DNA from: Deinococcota bacterium
GTDB lineage: Bacteria; Deinococcota; Deinococci; Deinococcales; Thermaceae
NCBI GenBank assembly: GCA_041695225.1
Contig: JBGFRI010000015.1
Location: forward strand, 1 to 64,000
Direction: 5' to 3'
Length of the DNA stretch: 64,000 nt
The translations under genes were made by a program, and so were the position numbers. Shown here piece after piece: positions 56,151-64,000 of the stretch (positions are counted from its first letter, which is position 1; the number at the start of each line of letters is the position of its first letter). The notes below the pieces were generated by a model. The model did no database searches. It was not told the DNA's origin and was given only the letters and a program-made list of their open reading frames with translations.

Positions 56151-56465
56151 CTATCCGCGCCGTAAACCCAGCAGCAAACCCACAATAAAGGCCCCGCCGA
56201 AGGGCAGGTTGGTGGTGAGCACTCCGACAAAAGCATCCCAGGCAGTCCTGATCTGCTCTTGCTCTAAAAGTGGCTCCACGTCGCGCTGGATGCGGGTCCA
56301 GTCTACCGCGATGTAGCCCATTGAGGCCAGCACCTGCACCACCACAAAAATCAGGCCCACTATAATTGCCACCCAGCGCCCAACGGTCTTGATGGCAAAG
56401 CCCACGGCGAAGCCGGCCAGGCCTCCAAAAGTAAGCTGTCCGATGTACGGCTGTATAACTTCCAC
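56151..56465 (-). CDS. FUN14-family membrane protein
   Basis: GG-x-x-GF-x-x-G-x-A-x-K...GYI-x-VDW pattern. Confidence 0.8.
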   Translation of the reverse strand: MEVIQPYIGQLTFGGLAGFAVGFAIKTVGRWVAIIVGLIFVVVQVLASMGYIAVDWTRIQRDVEPLLEQEQIRTAWDAFVGVLTTNLPFGGAFIVGLLLGLRRG

Positions 56466-56501
56466 TTCTCTATTGTGCCCTGTGAAAATGAGATAGAGGG
56501 T

Positions 56502-57350
56502 TCAACCGCGCTTACGCATGGCCTCGAGCATATCCCACTGCTCATTGGTAACAGCGTCGAGCACATTGAATTCCCCGGCATTCCAGACCGACTCGCCCCC
56601 GTCAATGGTAATCACATCGCCGGTAATAAAGCCGGCATAATCGGAGATCAGATAAGCCGCTAAATTGGCCAGTTCAATGTGCTCACCTGGTCTTCCCAGC
56701 GGTATCCTTTTCACAAACATCTGGGCGATTTCCGGCGTGGGCATCAGGCGAGTCCAGGCCCCCTCGGTGGGAAAGGGCCCCGGCGCGATGGCATTGAGGC
56801 GGATGCCATACTTGCCCCACTCCGCCGCCAGCGACCTGGTAAGGGTGACCACCCCAGCTTTGGCGGTAGCCGAGGGTACTACATACCCCGAGCCAGACTG
56901 GGCGTAGGTAGTGGCGATGTTGAGCATGGCGCCTTTCTGGCCCCTGGCAATCCAGCGTTTGCCCACCTCGAGGGTGCAGTAAACCGTACCATGCAGAACG
57001 ATGTTCAGCACCGTATCAAAAGCCCGATACGACAGCCGCTCGGTGGGGGAAATAAAGTTGCCGGCTGCGTTGTTAAGCAGCACATCAATCCGGCCAAAAT
57101 GGGTCTCCACCGCGTCTACCATGGCCTTCACCGCTTCGGGGTCGCGCACGTCCACCGGTGTGGTAAAGACCTCTCCCCCGGTCTGGTGCATCATCTCCTG
57201 GGCGGCCTGGGTAATGGTCTGGGCCCGGCGGCTGGTAATGGCTACCCTGGCCCCAAGTTCCAGAAAGCGCGTACTCATCGAGCGGCCCAGACCCGTACCG
57301 CCCCCCGTCACCAGCACCACCTTATCCTTCAAAAGCCCTGGTTCAAACAT
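56502..57350 (-). CDS. SDR oxidoreductase, 2,4-dienoyl-CoA reductase-like
   Basis: TGGGTGLG, NNAAGNF, SLAAEWG-x-YGIRLNAIAPGP. Confidence 0.9.
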   Translation of the reverse strand: MFEPGLLKDKVVLVTGGGTGLGRSMSTRFLELGARVAITSRRAQTITQAAQEMMHQTGGEVFTTPVDVRDPEAVKAMVDAVETHFGRIDVLLNNAAGNFISPTERLSYRAFDTVLNIVLHGTVYCTLEVGKRWIARGQKGAMLNIATTYAQSGSGYVVPSATAKAGVVTLTRSLAAEWGKYGIRLNAIAPGPFPTEGAWTRLMPTPEIAQMFVKRIPLGRPGEHIELANLAAYLISDYAGFITGDVITIDGGESVWNAGEFNVLDAVTNEQWDMLEAMRKRG

Positions 57351-57500
57351 AGTTTCACCGTCTTTATGGTCACGTGGCTAACAGCTCATAGCTTATAGCT
57401 AATAGCTAATAGCTCATAGCTTATACCGGATAGCTAAAAGCGACTGTCGCTATCAGCTATCGGCTATCAGCTATTGGCTTCTACTTTCAGCTATCGGCTA

Positions 57501-58064
57501 TCAGCTTCCCAGCCCCAGACGCTTGGCATCGGCTTTCAGGGCGTCCAGGACAAAGGCCATATGTTCCTCCAGACCGACCCCCAGCTCCTGGGCGCCACGC
57601 ACGATTGCTTCACGGTCTATGCGTGCAGCAAAAGCCTTGTCCTTGAACTTTTTTTGCAGGCTTTCGGGCTTTAGGCTGTGGATACTCTTGTCGGGCTGCA
57701 CATACACCGCCGCGGTAATCAGGCCCACCAGCTCATCTACGGCAAACAAGACCTTGGCCATCAGTGAGTTTCGGGGGTGCTCCGGCAGATCGGTATGGCC
57801 CAGAATGGCCTCGAGTACATCGTCGGGATAGCCCATCTCACGCAGCATGGCTACCCCCTGGTGGGGATGGGTTTGCGGAGCTTTTTCGTAGTCGAAATCG
57901 TGCAGAATGCCGGCTATAGCCCATTTCTCTTCGGGCTGGCCATACTTTCGGGCATAGGCCCGCATGGCGGTTTCAACAGCCAGCATGTGCTTTTGCAGGC
58001 TTTCCGAGGGCGTCCACCGCCGCATCAGGGCCAGCGCGTCTTCATAGACCAGGTAGATCGCCAT
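57501..58064 (-). CDS. HD-domain protein
   Basis: H...LHDFDYE...H...H...DEL-x-G...KDKAFA. Confidence 0.85.
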   Translation of the reverse strand: MAIYLVYEDALALMRRWTPSESLQKHMLAVETAMRAYARKYGQPEEKWAIAGILHDFDYEKAPQTHPHQGVAMLREMGYPDDVLEAILGHTDLPEHPRNSLMAKVLFAVDELVGLITAAVYVQPDKSIHSLKPESLQKKFKDKAFAARIDREAIVRGAQELGVGLEEHMAFVLDALKADAKRLGLGS

Positions 58065-58243
58065 ATGAGCCTATTCTCGGCAGTCGGACCAGGGGGGTCA
58101 AGGGCCAAACCACCTGCACGTGGCTGGTCTTGGCGCATTCTGTGCACCTGGCTTTGCCGCAACTGGTTTAGACTTTCAGCTTCAGGCTATGCAGGCTATC
58201 TCCAGGAGCACAACCTCCGCAAAAAGCGCGATAGGATAGGATT

Positions 58244-58762
58244 GTGACCGAGAAGTCTTCCACGCAATTGTCTCAGTTGCTGTTCGGCTACGGCGAGGAT
58301 GCGCACCGCCTAACAGAGGGACGCGAGCTGTGGCTGGGAGGGGTTCCGATCGAAAGTGATCGCGGCGCGATTGCCCATTCGGATGGTGATGTAATCTTGC
58401 ATGCCTTATCCGATGCCTTGCTTTCGGCCTTTGCACTGGGGGATATTGGCAGCTTTTTCCCCGACCACGACCCCCGGTGGCGGGGCCTGGAGAGCCGGGT
58501 GATTCTCGAGGTAGTGTTACAAAAGGTGCGCGACAATGGCTACCGCTTGGCTCAGGTTTTGCTAGTGGTGGTGCTAGACCAGCCCAAGCTCGGGCCTTAC
58601 CGCGGCGCCATACAGCAAAACTTAGCCCTTTTGATGGAGTTGCCGGAAAAACGGATTGGCCTGACCTTCAAAACCTCAGAGGGTCTGGCCCCCCATCATG
58701 TGCAGTGCAGGGCCCTGGTCTACCTCGAGCCCATCCTGGACAAGCAGACGGAAACACGCTAA
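58244..58762 (+). CDS. ispF: 2-C-methyl-D-erythritol 2,4-cyclodiphosphate synthase
   Basis: G-x-D-x-H, HSDGDV-x-LHA-x-x-DALL, GDIG-x-x-FP, KT-x-EGL. Confidence 0.93.
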   Translation: MTEKSSTQLSQLLFGYGEDAHRLTEGRELWLGGVPIESDRGAIAHSDGDVILHALSDALLSAFALGDIGSFFPDHDPRWRGLESRVILEVVLQKVRDNGYRLAQVLLVVVLDQPKLGPYRGAIQQNLALLMELPEKRIGLTFKTSEGLAPHHVQCRALVYLEPILDKQTETR

Positions 58763-58874
58763 TAGCTAAATGATGCTAATAGCTAAATGATGCTAATAGC
58801 TAATAGCTAATAGCCTATGGCAAAAGATTAATAGCTATCAGCGATCGGCTATCAATTATCAGCTTCGCCACTTG

Positions 58875-60065
58875 CTAACGCGGTCTGAAACTGAAATGTA
58901 TCAGCAGCAACAGCCCCAGACCAATCAGGCCGCCCCACAAAAACGAGCTGTCGGGAAACGCGCTTCCGAGCCAGCCCGCCAAGGGGTAGCTGAACACCCA
59001 CCATAAGTGACTCCAGGCAAAGTGTGCCCCGTAGACCCGCCCTTGCAAGGCCCCTGGGATGCGGTCGGCAATCAGGGTCAGCACGGGTAAGTTAACCCAG
59101 TTCTGCCCTACCCCGGCCATAAACCAGAGCACCATCACTGGCGCAAGCGATAGCCAGTTGGCCGGAATTATCACCAGGGTGGTCACAATGGCTCCAATCA
59201 GCACAAAGGTGGTTCGGGGAAGCCGTTTCTCCCAGGCCCCCAGCGCCAGAGCCGCCAGCGTGGCCCCAACCCCGAAGACTGCCATCACCCAGCCAAAGGC
59301 CACCTCGCCCTGCCCAAGTTGGGTCCGTACCAGGACAACCGTGTTGACCAGAATCCAGGCCCCAGCAATGGAAGCTACCAGCTCGAGCAACAGGGAGTAG
59401 CGCAGCAGGCCATCGCCCCAGAGCCGTGCGGTGCCCAGCCGGACATCGCTCCAGGTAGTGGCGCTACCATCTGGGTCTTCCACCCGCAGACTGGCCCTCA
59501 GGCTCATGATTAGCAGCGCAGAAAGCAGAAAGGCGCCCGCCACCAGCCAGAACATGGGGCGAACTCCCATCAGCACCGCAAGCACACCGGCCAGGGCCGG
59601 CCCCAGAACGCCCAGCAGTTCCGCGGTGGCGCCCGAGAGTGCAATGGCTTTGGGGTAGTCGTCCTTGCTGGTTACCTGGGGTATCGAGGCCCGAAGAGCA
59701 GGGGTGAAAAACGAGAAAGCCATGTTGAGCAAGAACATCAGCACATAAACCTGCCAGACCTCGCTCACCAGTGGCATCAGCCCGATGATTACTACTCGAG
59801 ACAGGTCTGCTCCTGCCAGCAAGACCTTACGGTTGAAACGGTCGGCCAGAGCCCCTCCCAGTGGGGAAAACAGTACAAAAGCAACTACTCGTAGGGTTAA
59901 GGCCGTTCCGAGGACTATCCCGGCACTCTCCCCCGCCAGTTCAAAAGCCAGCAAGGCCAGGGCTATCCAGGTTAGGGCGTCACCCACCAGACTGACCGTC
60001 TGGGCTGCGTACAACTGGGCAAATACCGGATTGCGCAGACAGCGAAAGACCGCCAGGGCTTGCAT
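58875..60065 (-). CDS. MFS transporter, NreB/NrsD-like
   Basis: About 12 TM segments; LY-x-AQ-x-x-SL-x-G N-terminus; AHFAWSHLWW-x-x-x-YPLAGW C-terminal motif. Confidence 0.8.
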   Translation of the reverse strand: MQALAVFRCLRNPVFAQLYAAQTVSLVGDALTWIALALLAFELAGESAGIVLGTALTLRVVAFVLFSPLGGALADRFNRKVLLAGADLSRVVIIGLMPLVSEVWQVYVLMFLLNMAFSFFTPALRASIPQVTSKDDYPKAIALSGATAELLGVLGPALAGVLAVLMGVRPMFWLVAGAFLLSALLIMSLRASLRVEDPDGSATTWSDVRLGTARLWGDGLLRYSLLLELVASIAGAWILVNTVVLVRTQLGQGEVAFGWVMAVFGVGATLAALALGAWEKRLPRTTFVLIGAIVTTLVIIPANWLSLAPVMVLWFMAGVGQNWVNLPVLTLIADRIPGALQGRVYGAHFAWSHLWWVFSYPLAGWLGSAFPDSSFLWGGLIGLGLLLLIHFSFRPR

Positions 60066-60323
60066 CCTGATGGCAAGCTTACGACCCAGCCAGCAGGACA
60101 AGCAAGGGAACCAGGGTCCAGATCCCAGTATTCCCACAGGCCTATCAAAGAAGTCAATGGTCTATTAGTCTATGGTCTATTGAAGGCTATAGCCTGCCGG
60201 TTCAGGGGTACCAGGCAGAGGCTGGGCTAGATTTGGCGGCTCAACTGCAGACGGCCGCGGCTCGACAGGGAAGGTACCCAAGAGCCTTTAAATCGAGCGG
60301 ATTTCAGCTACACTTTTTGTTAG

Positions 60324-61643
60324 ATGGCAAAAGCTTCCATTCAGTATCGCTGTGCCGGGTGTGGGTATAAGTCGGTGAAAGAGCTGGGCCGCTGTCCCAA
60401 CTGCGGGGCGTGGGACAGCTTTAAAGAGGAAGTGAGTCTGCACAAGCCAGGCGCAGCAGTGGGTAAGGGCGGGCTGTCACGGCCGCGCTCTTTGCCCAAC
60501 CCGGCAGCCATCATCCGTTTGCACGAGGTTCCAGAAGGGGGGGAGGCGCGGTTCTCGAGCCAGATCGGCGAGCTGGACCGAGTGCTGGGCGGGGGTTTTG
60601 TACCGGGCGAAGTGCTGCTTCTGGGCGGCGAGCCAGGGGTGGGCAAGAGCACCATCCTGCTGCAGGTGGCCCAGAAGATGTTAGAGATGGGTAAACGGGT
60701 GGTCTACCTGGCAGGCGAGGAGTCGCCCGGGCAGATCCGCTTGCGGGCAGGGCGACTGGGCATCTCGGGCGAGCTAGAGCTGTTGCGCGAGACCCAGCTA
60801 GACTCGTGCCTGGCCACCCTGGAAGCCACACCACCCGATTTCCTGGTAGTGGACTCCATCCAGTCCCTGGAAACCAGCTCTGTAGCCGGTTCGCTGGTAG
60901 CGGTGCGCGATGCCACCGCAGCTCTAACCCGCTTTGCCAAGCACCACCAGGTCACTACCGTGCTGGTCGGGCACGTCACCAAAGAGGGCCTGGTAGCAGG
61001 GCCAAAGGTAATCGAGCACCTGGTGGACGCAACCCTGTATCTGGAATCAGCAGGCAGCTTTAGGGTTTTGCGTTCCAGCAAAAACCGCTTTGGGCCGGTG
61101 GGTGAGCTGGGCGTGTTCAGCATGATCCACCACGGAATGGAAGAGGTCGCCAACCCATCGGCAGCCTTTCTGGCCGAAAGGCCGGTGGGTGCGCCGGGTT
61201 CGGTGGCGGCGCTCAGCCTTTCGGGTGAACGGGCGCTGGCCCTGGAAGTACAGGCTCTGGCGGTCCGCACGCCTTTCCCCGCCCCACGCCGGGTTTCGCA
61301 GGGTCTGGATGGTCGCCGGGTAGACGTGGTGCTGGCCGTGCTGGAGCGAAGGCTGAATTTGCCGCTGGGTAACCTGGACATCTATGTCAATCTGGCGGGT
61401 GGGTTGCGCATATTTGATCCGGGGTTAGATCTGGCGGTGGGGCTGGCGGTGTATTCTGCTGTGGTGGGCCGCCCCCTTCCAGAAGAGGCCGCGGTGGTGG
61501 GAGAGGTTGGACTGGCCGGCGAGCTGCGCAGTGTGGAGGGCCTCGAGCGCCGCCTGCGCGAAGGTCAGCGGGCTGGTTTCAAGCTCCTGGTACACCCCCC
61601 TCAGTGCCATAGTCTGGAAGACGCAGTGAGCAAACTCTTATGA
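60324..61643 (+). CDS. radA: DNA repair protein RadA/Sms
   Basis: C4 zinc finger, GEPGVGKST, KNRFG, Lon-like C-terminus. Confidence 0.97.
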   Translation: MAKASIQYRCAGCGYKSVKELGRCPNCGAWDSFKEEVSLHKPGAAVGKGGLSRPRSLPNPAAIIRLHEVPEGGEARFSSQIGELDRVLGGGFVPGEVLLLGGEPGVGKSTILLQVAQKMLEMGKRVVYLAGEESPGQIRLRAGRLGISGELELLRETQLDSCLATLEATPPDFLVVDSIQSLETSSVAGSLVAVRDATAALTRFAKHHQVTTVLVGHVTKEGLVAGPKVIEHLVDATLYLESAGSFRVLRSSKNRFGPVGELGVFSMIHHGMEEVANPSAAFLAERPVGAPGSVAALSLSGERALALEVQALAVRTPFPAPRRVSQGLDGRRVDVVLAVLERRLNLPLGNLDIYVNLAGGLRIFDPGLDLAVGLAVYSAVVGRPLPEEAAVVGEVGLAGELRSVEGLERRLREGQRAGFKLLVHPPQCHSLEDAVSKLL

Positions 61644-62707
61644 GTGTGATGCGTTGGGTTCTTTATGCGCTCTTTGCCTTTCTGGGATATCAGGCAGGCG
61701 TGTGGCTCGAGGTCAGCGGCATCATCGGTGTTAGCCCGCTGGGCACCCTAACCACCCTCAACCGGCTCTACCTGGGAGTGTTGGGCCTGTTGATAGGCTT
61801 TTTGGTTGTGCCACGCCTGATCTACCGGATCGAGCGCCGCTGGGACCATACCCAGGCCTGGCTCAAGCACCTGCCGCCCGAGATTCCAGTGGCCATAACT
61901 GCGGCCTCTGGCCTGGGTCTGCTGCTGGCGGTACTGCTCACCAGCCTTCTGAGCCAGATTCCTGGCTTTTCTGCCTTCCATTCTTTGATCATCGCAGCCG
62001 TGCTGGTGGTCTCACTGTCGGCTTTTGCCATTGCCAACCGCGACTACTTCCGGCTGGCCCGCCCCCCGGCCCCGGCGGTCAAGGCCCGGGGTGGCAAGGT
62101 GCTGGATACCTCGGTGCTGATTGATGGCCGCATTGGAGAGGTAGCCGAGATGGGTTTTCTGGAGGGTCCGTTGTTTGTTCCCCGCCAGGTCTTGCGCGAG
62201 CTGCAACAGTTTGCCGACGCTTCCGACGCCCAGAAAAGAGCCAAGGGCCGGCGGGGGCTGGACACCCTCGAGCGTCTCAAGCTTACGGTGGGCCTCGAGG
62301 TGCTCGAGGCCGACGAGTCTGCCGACCCTGTAGACGACCAGATCCTGGCCGAGGCCAAAAGGCTGGGCGCTGCGCTAGTTACCAACGACCACGCCCTGGC
62401 ACAGCTTTCGCGCATTTACGGGGTCAGGACCCTCTCGGTGCAGGCCCTGGCCTCGGCCCTGCGTTCCCCGCTTCAGCAAGGCGATACCCTCAGCATCACC
62501 ATCGTCAAAGAGGGCAAAGAACCGGGCCAGGGAGTTGGTTATCTGGAAGACGGCACCATGGTTGTGGTAGACGAGGCTCTTCCCTTCAGGGGCAAGGAGG
62601 TAGGGGTAGTTATCACCCAGTCTATTCAGACCCAGATTGGCCGTCTGCTCTTTGGAAGGCTCCAGACCGACGAAATTGACCGCCCCGCCCCAAAAGCCGA
62701 GCGCTAG
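61640..62707 (+). CDS. PIN/TRAM domain membrane protein (YacL-like)
   Basis: LDTSVLIDGRI, GRRGLD, GKE-x-GQGVGYLEDGTMVVV; follows radA. Confidence 0.9.
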   Translation: MSVMRWVLYALFAFLGYQAGVWLEVSGIIGVSPLGTLTTLNRLYLGVLGLLIGFLVVPRLIYRIERRWDHTQAWLKHLPPEIPVAITAASGLGLLLAVLLTSLLSQIPGFSAFHSLIIAAVLVVSLSAFAIANRDYFRLARPPAPAVKARGGKVLDTSVLIDGRIGEVAEMGFLEGPLFVPRQVLRELQQFADASDAQKRAKGRRGLDTLERLKLTVGLEVLEADESADPVDDQILAEAKRLGAALVTNDHALAQLSRIYGVRTLSVQALASALRSPLQQGDTLSITIVKEGKEPGQGVGYLEDGTMVVVDEALPFRGKEVGVVITQSIQTQIGRLLFGRLQTDEIDRPAPKAER

Positions 62708-62745
62708 TCTGGGTACACCGCTGTCAGGAAGCTCGAGCCCTAATT

Positions 62746-63846
62746 TCAGGTGGGCCCAACCAGGAAAACGGCGCCCCATGGTCGGTAGCGGCTCACCAGC
62801 ACGTCATGCCTGACCTCGCCAGTGTGCAGGCGCACCGTGCGGTATACCCGTACCAGGGCGCCCTCGGCGGCAAAGTCAATCTGTCGGCGCCGACCTGGAG
62901 GCAGGGTGGTATCGTAGATGAACCGGGTAGGCAGGGGCGGGGTGCGCCAGACAATCACCGGCCCACGCCACTCTACATCCCGGTCGCTGGTGCCAAAAAG
63001 TCTAAAAACCAGATCCTGTCCCTGAATAGAAGCCTGAATTAACAGGTAACCCGGGGTATCGTTGCGAAAGCGCAGGTCCCGGCCGGGGGCCACCGCGGCA
63101 TCCAGGCCGGTAGGGTAGTAAAAACCAACCTGATAGCTGTGAGGATGCCGCTCGATAATGGGCAGACCGCCAAAGTAGGCCGCCCTGAACAGAGTAGACG
63201 CAACGTGGCAAACCCCTCCCCCCACTCCCATAACAGTTCTATCGCCCACAATCACCCAGGCCATTCGATACCCCTCGGCCAGGGTAACTGGCCCCAGCGC
63301 CCGGTTGAAGGAAAATACAGTTCCACGGGGAATCTTGATGCCGTCTAGCCTCGAGGAGGCCAGCTTAAGGTTGTGGGCCCGACCAGGGGCCGACCTGGCA
63401 AATCCGATGCGGGCTTCACTGAACAGCTCAACAATGCCCCTTCTGGCCAGATCCTCAACACTGGGCTCTGGCTCCTCTTTCTCTACCGGCAAGACAAACT
63501 CGCGTCTGCCCTGCTCTACGGCATCTCGGTAAGCTCGCAGTACCGTACCCGGATCGAAGCGGTGGCCAAACTTTTGTACAGCAATCCAGCCCCGCTCGCG
63601 ACAGTAAATAAACCGTGCCGGGCGGGGTGGGCGGCTGAGCCGGTCAAGCAGTGGGGGCAGGTCGGCCTCGCTAGCGATGGGAAAGCGCTGGGTTCCGATG
63701 TAGCGTTCTACCCTGCCAGCCTCGAGCACCCGTTCGTCTACAACCAGGACCGCCACCGGCCCAGCCAGGGCCATAGGGAAAACGCCAAGCGCCAGGCTTA
63801 GCGCAAAGAGCAAGCCTTTTCTGGCGATCCAGCGAGACCCTTTCAC
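62746..63846 (-). CDS. VanW family protein with G5-like C-terminus
   Basis: FSFN-x-x-LG, GGGVC-x-V-x-STL, ER-x-x-HS, DL-x-F-x-NDT. Confidence 0.88.
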   Translation of the reverse strand: MKGSRWIARKGLLFALSLALGVFPMALAGPVAVLVVDERVLEAGRVERYIGTQRFPIASEADLPPLLDRLSRPPRPARFIYCRERGWIAVQKFGHRFDPGTVLRAYRDAVEQGRREFVLPVEKEEPEPSVEDLARRGIVELFSEARIGFARSAPGRAHNLKLASSRLDGIKIPRGTVFSFNRALGPVTLAEGYRMAWVIVGDRTVMGVGGGVCHVASTLFRAAYFGGLPIIERHPHSYQVGFYYPTGLDAAVAPGRDLRFRNDTPGYLLIQASIQGQDLVFRLFGTSDRDVEWRGPVIVWRTPPLPTRFIYDTTLPPGRRRQIDFAAEGALVRVYRTVRLHTGEVRHDVLVSRYRPWGAVFLVGPT

Positions 63847-63950
63847 ACTTCCAGGATAGCCTGGCTCGATTACTACAGCATTACAATAAACGCTTAGAAT
63901 CGCGATTTCCTGCTCACACCTGCCTAATCATAAAAGTTGTCGTTACTGTG

Positions 63951-63964
63951 TGACCCGCTGGTCA
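63951..63964. promoter_or_regulatory. Second copy of the operator TGACCCGCTGGTCA
   Basis: Identical to 209-222; intergenic, about 105 bp upstream of the VanW gene. Confidence 0.55.
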
Positions 63965-64000
63965 TTGCACTTGTTTATGCCAGGCGTGCCAGGTGCCAGA

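Overview
Chromosomal window from a GC-rich Deinococcus-Thermus bacterium, most likely Meiothermus-like. This is inferred from protein resemblance, a Thermus-length RpoC with its large N-terminal insertion, many leaderless genes and very frequent CTCGAG. Most genes are housekeeping: recR-ybaB, mreC-mreD-PBP2, pdxT, smpB, smc, hisS-aspS, tig-clpP-clpX, tRNA-His and tRNA-Leu, rpoB-rpoC, ispF, radA. An accessory block between smc and hisS (about 24.05-29.2 kb) holds the best find. It is a 39-aa ORF with 14 Cys and no His (24110-24229), metallothionein-like and missed by the ORF track. It sits behind a mer-type promoter/operator that overlaps the smc stop codon and directly upstream of a MerR-family sensor. 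The same block has a tyrosine recombinase, a ccdAB-like toxin-antitoxin pair and an sbtA-like bicarbonate transporter with two sbtB-like PII paralogues. Other points: an SQR gene with a CsoR/CstR-like operator, a foreign-looking gene beside tRNA-Leu, a hicBA module flanked by a 9-bp direct repeat, a frameshifted PP2C next to a Ser/Thr kinase, and several families of intergenic repeats. All calls come from reading the sequence by eye; no searches were run.
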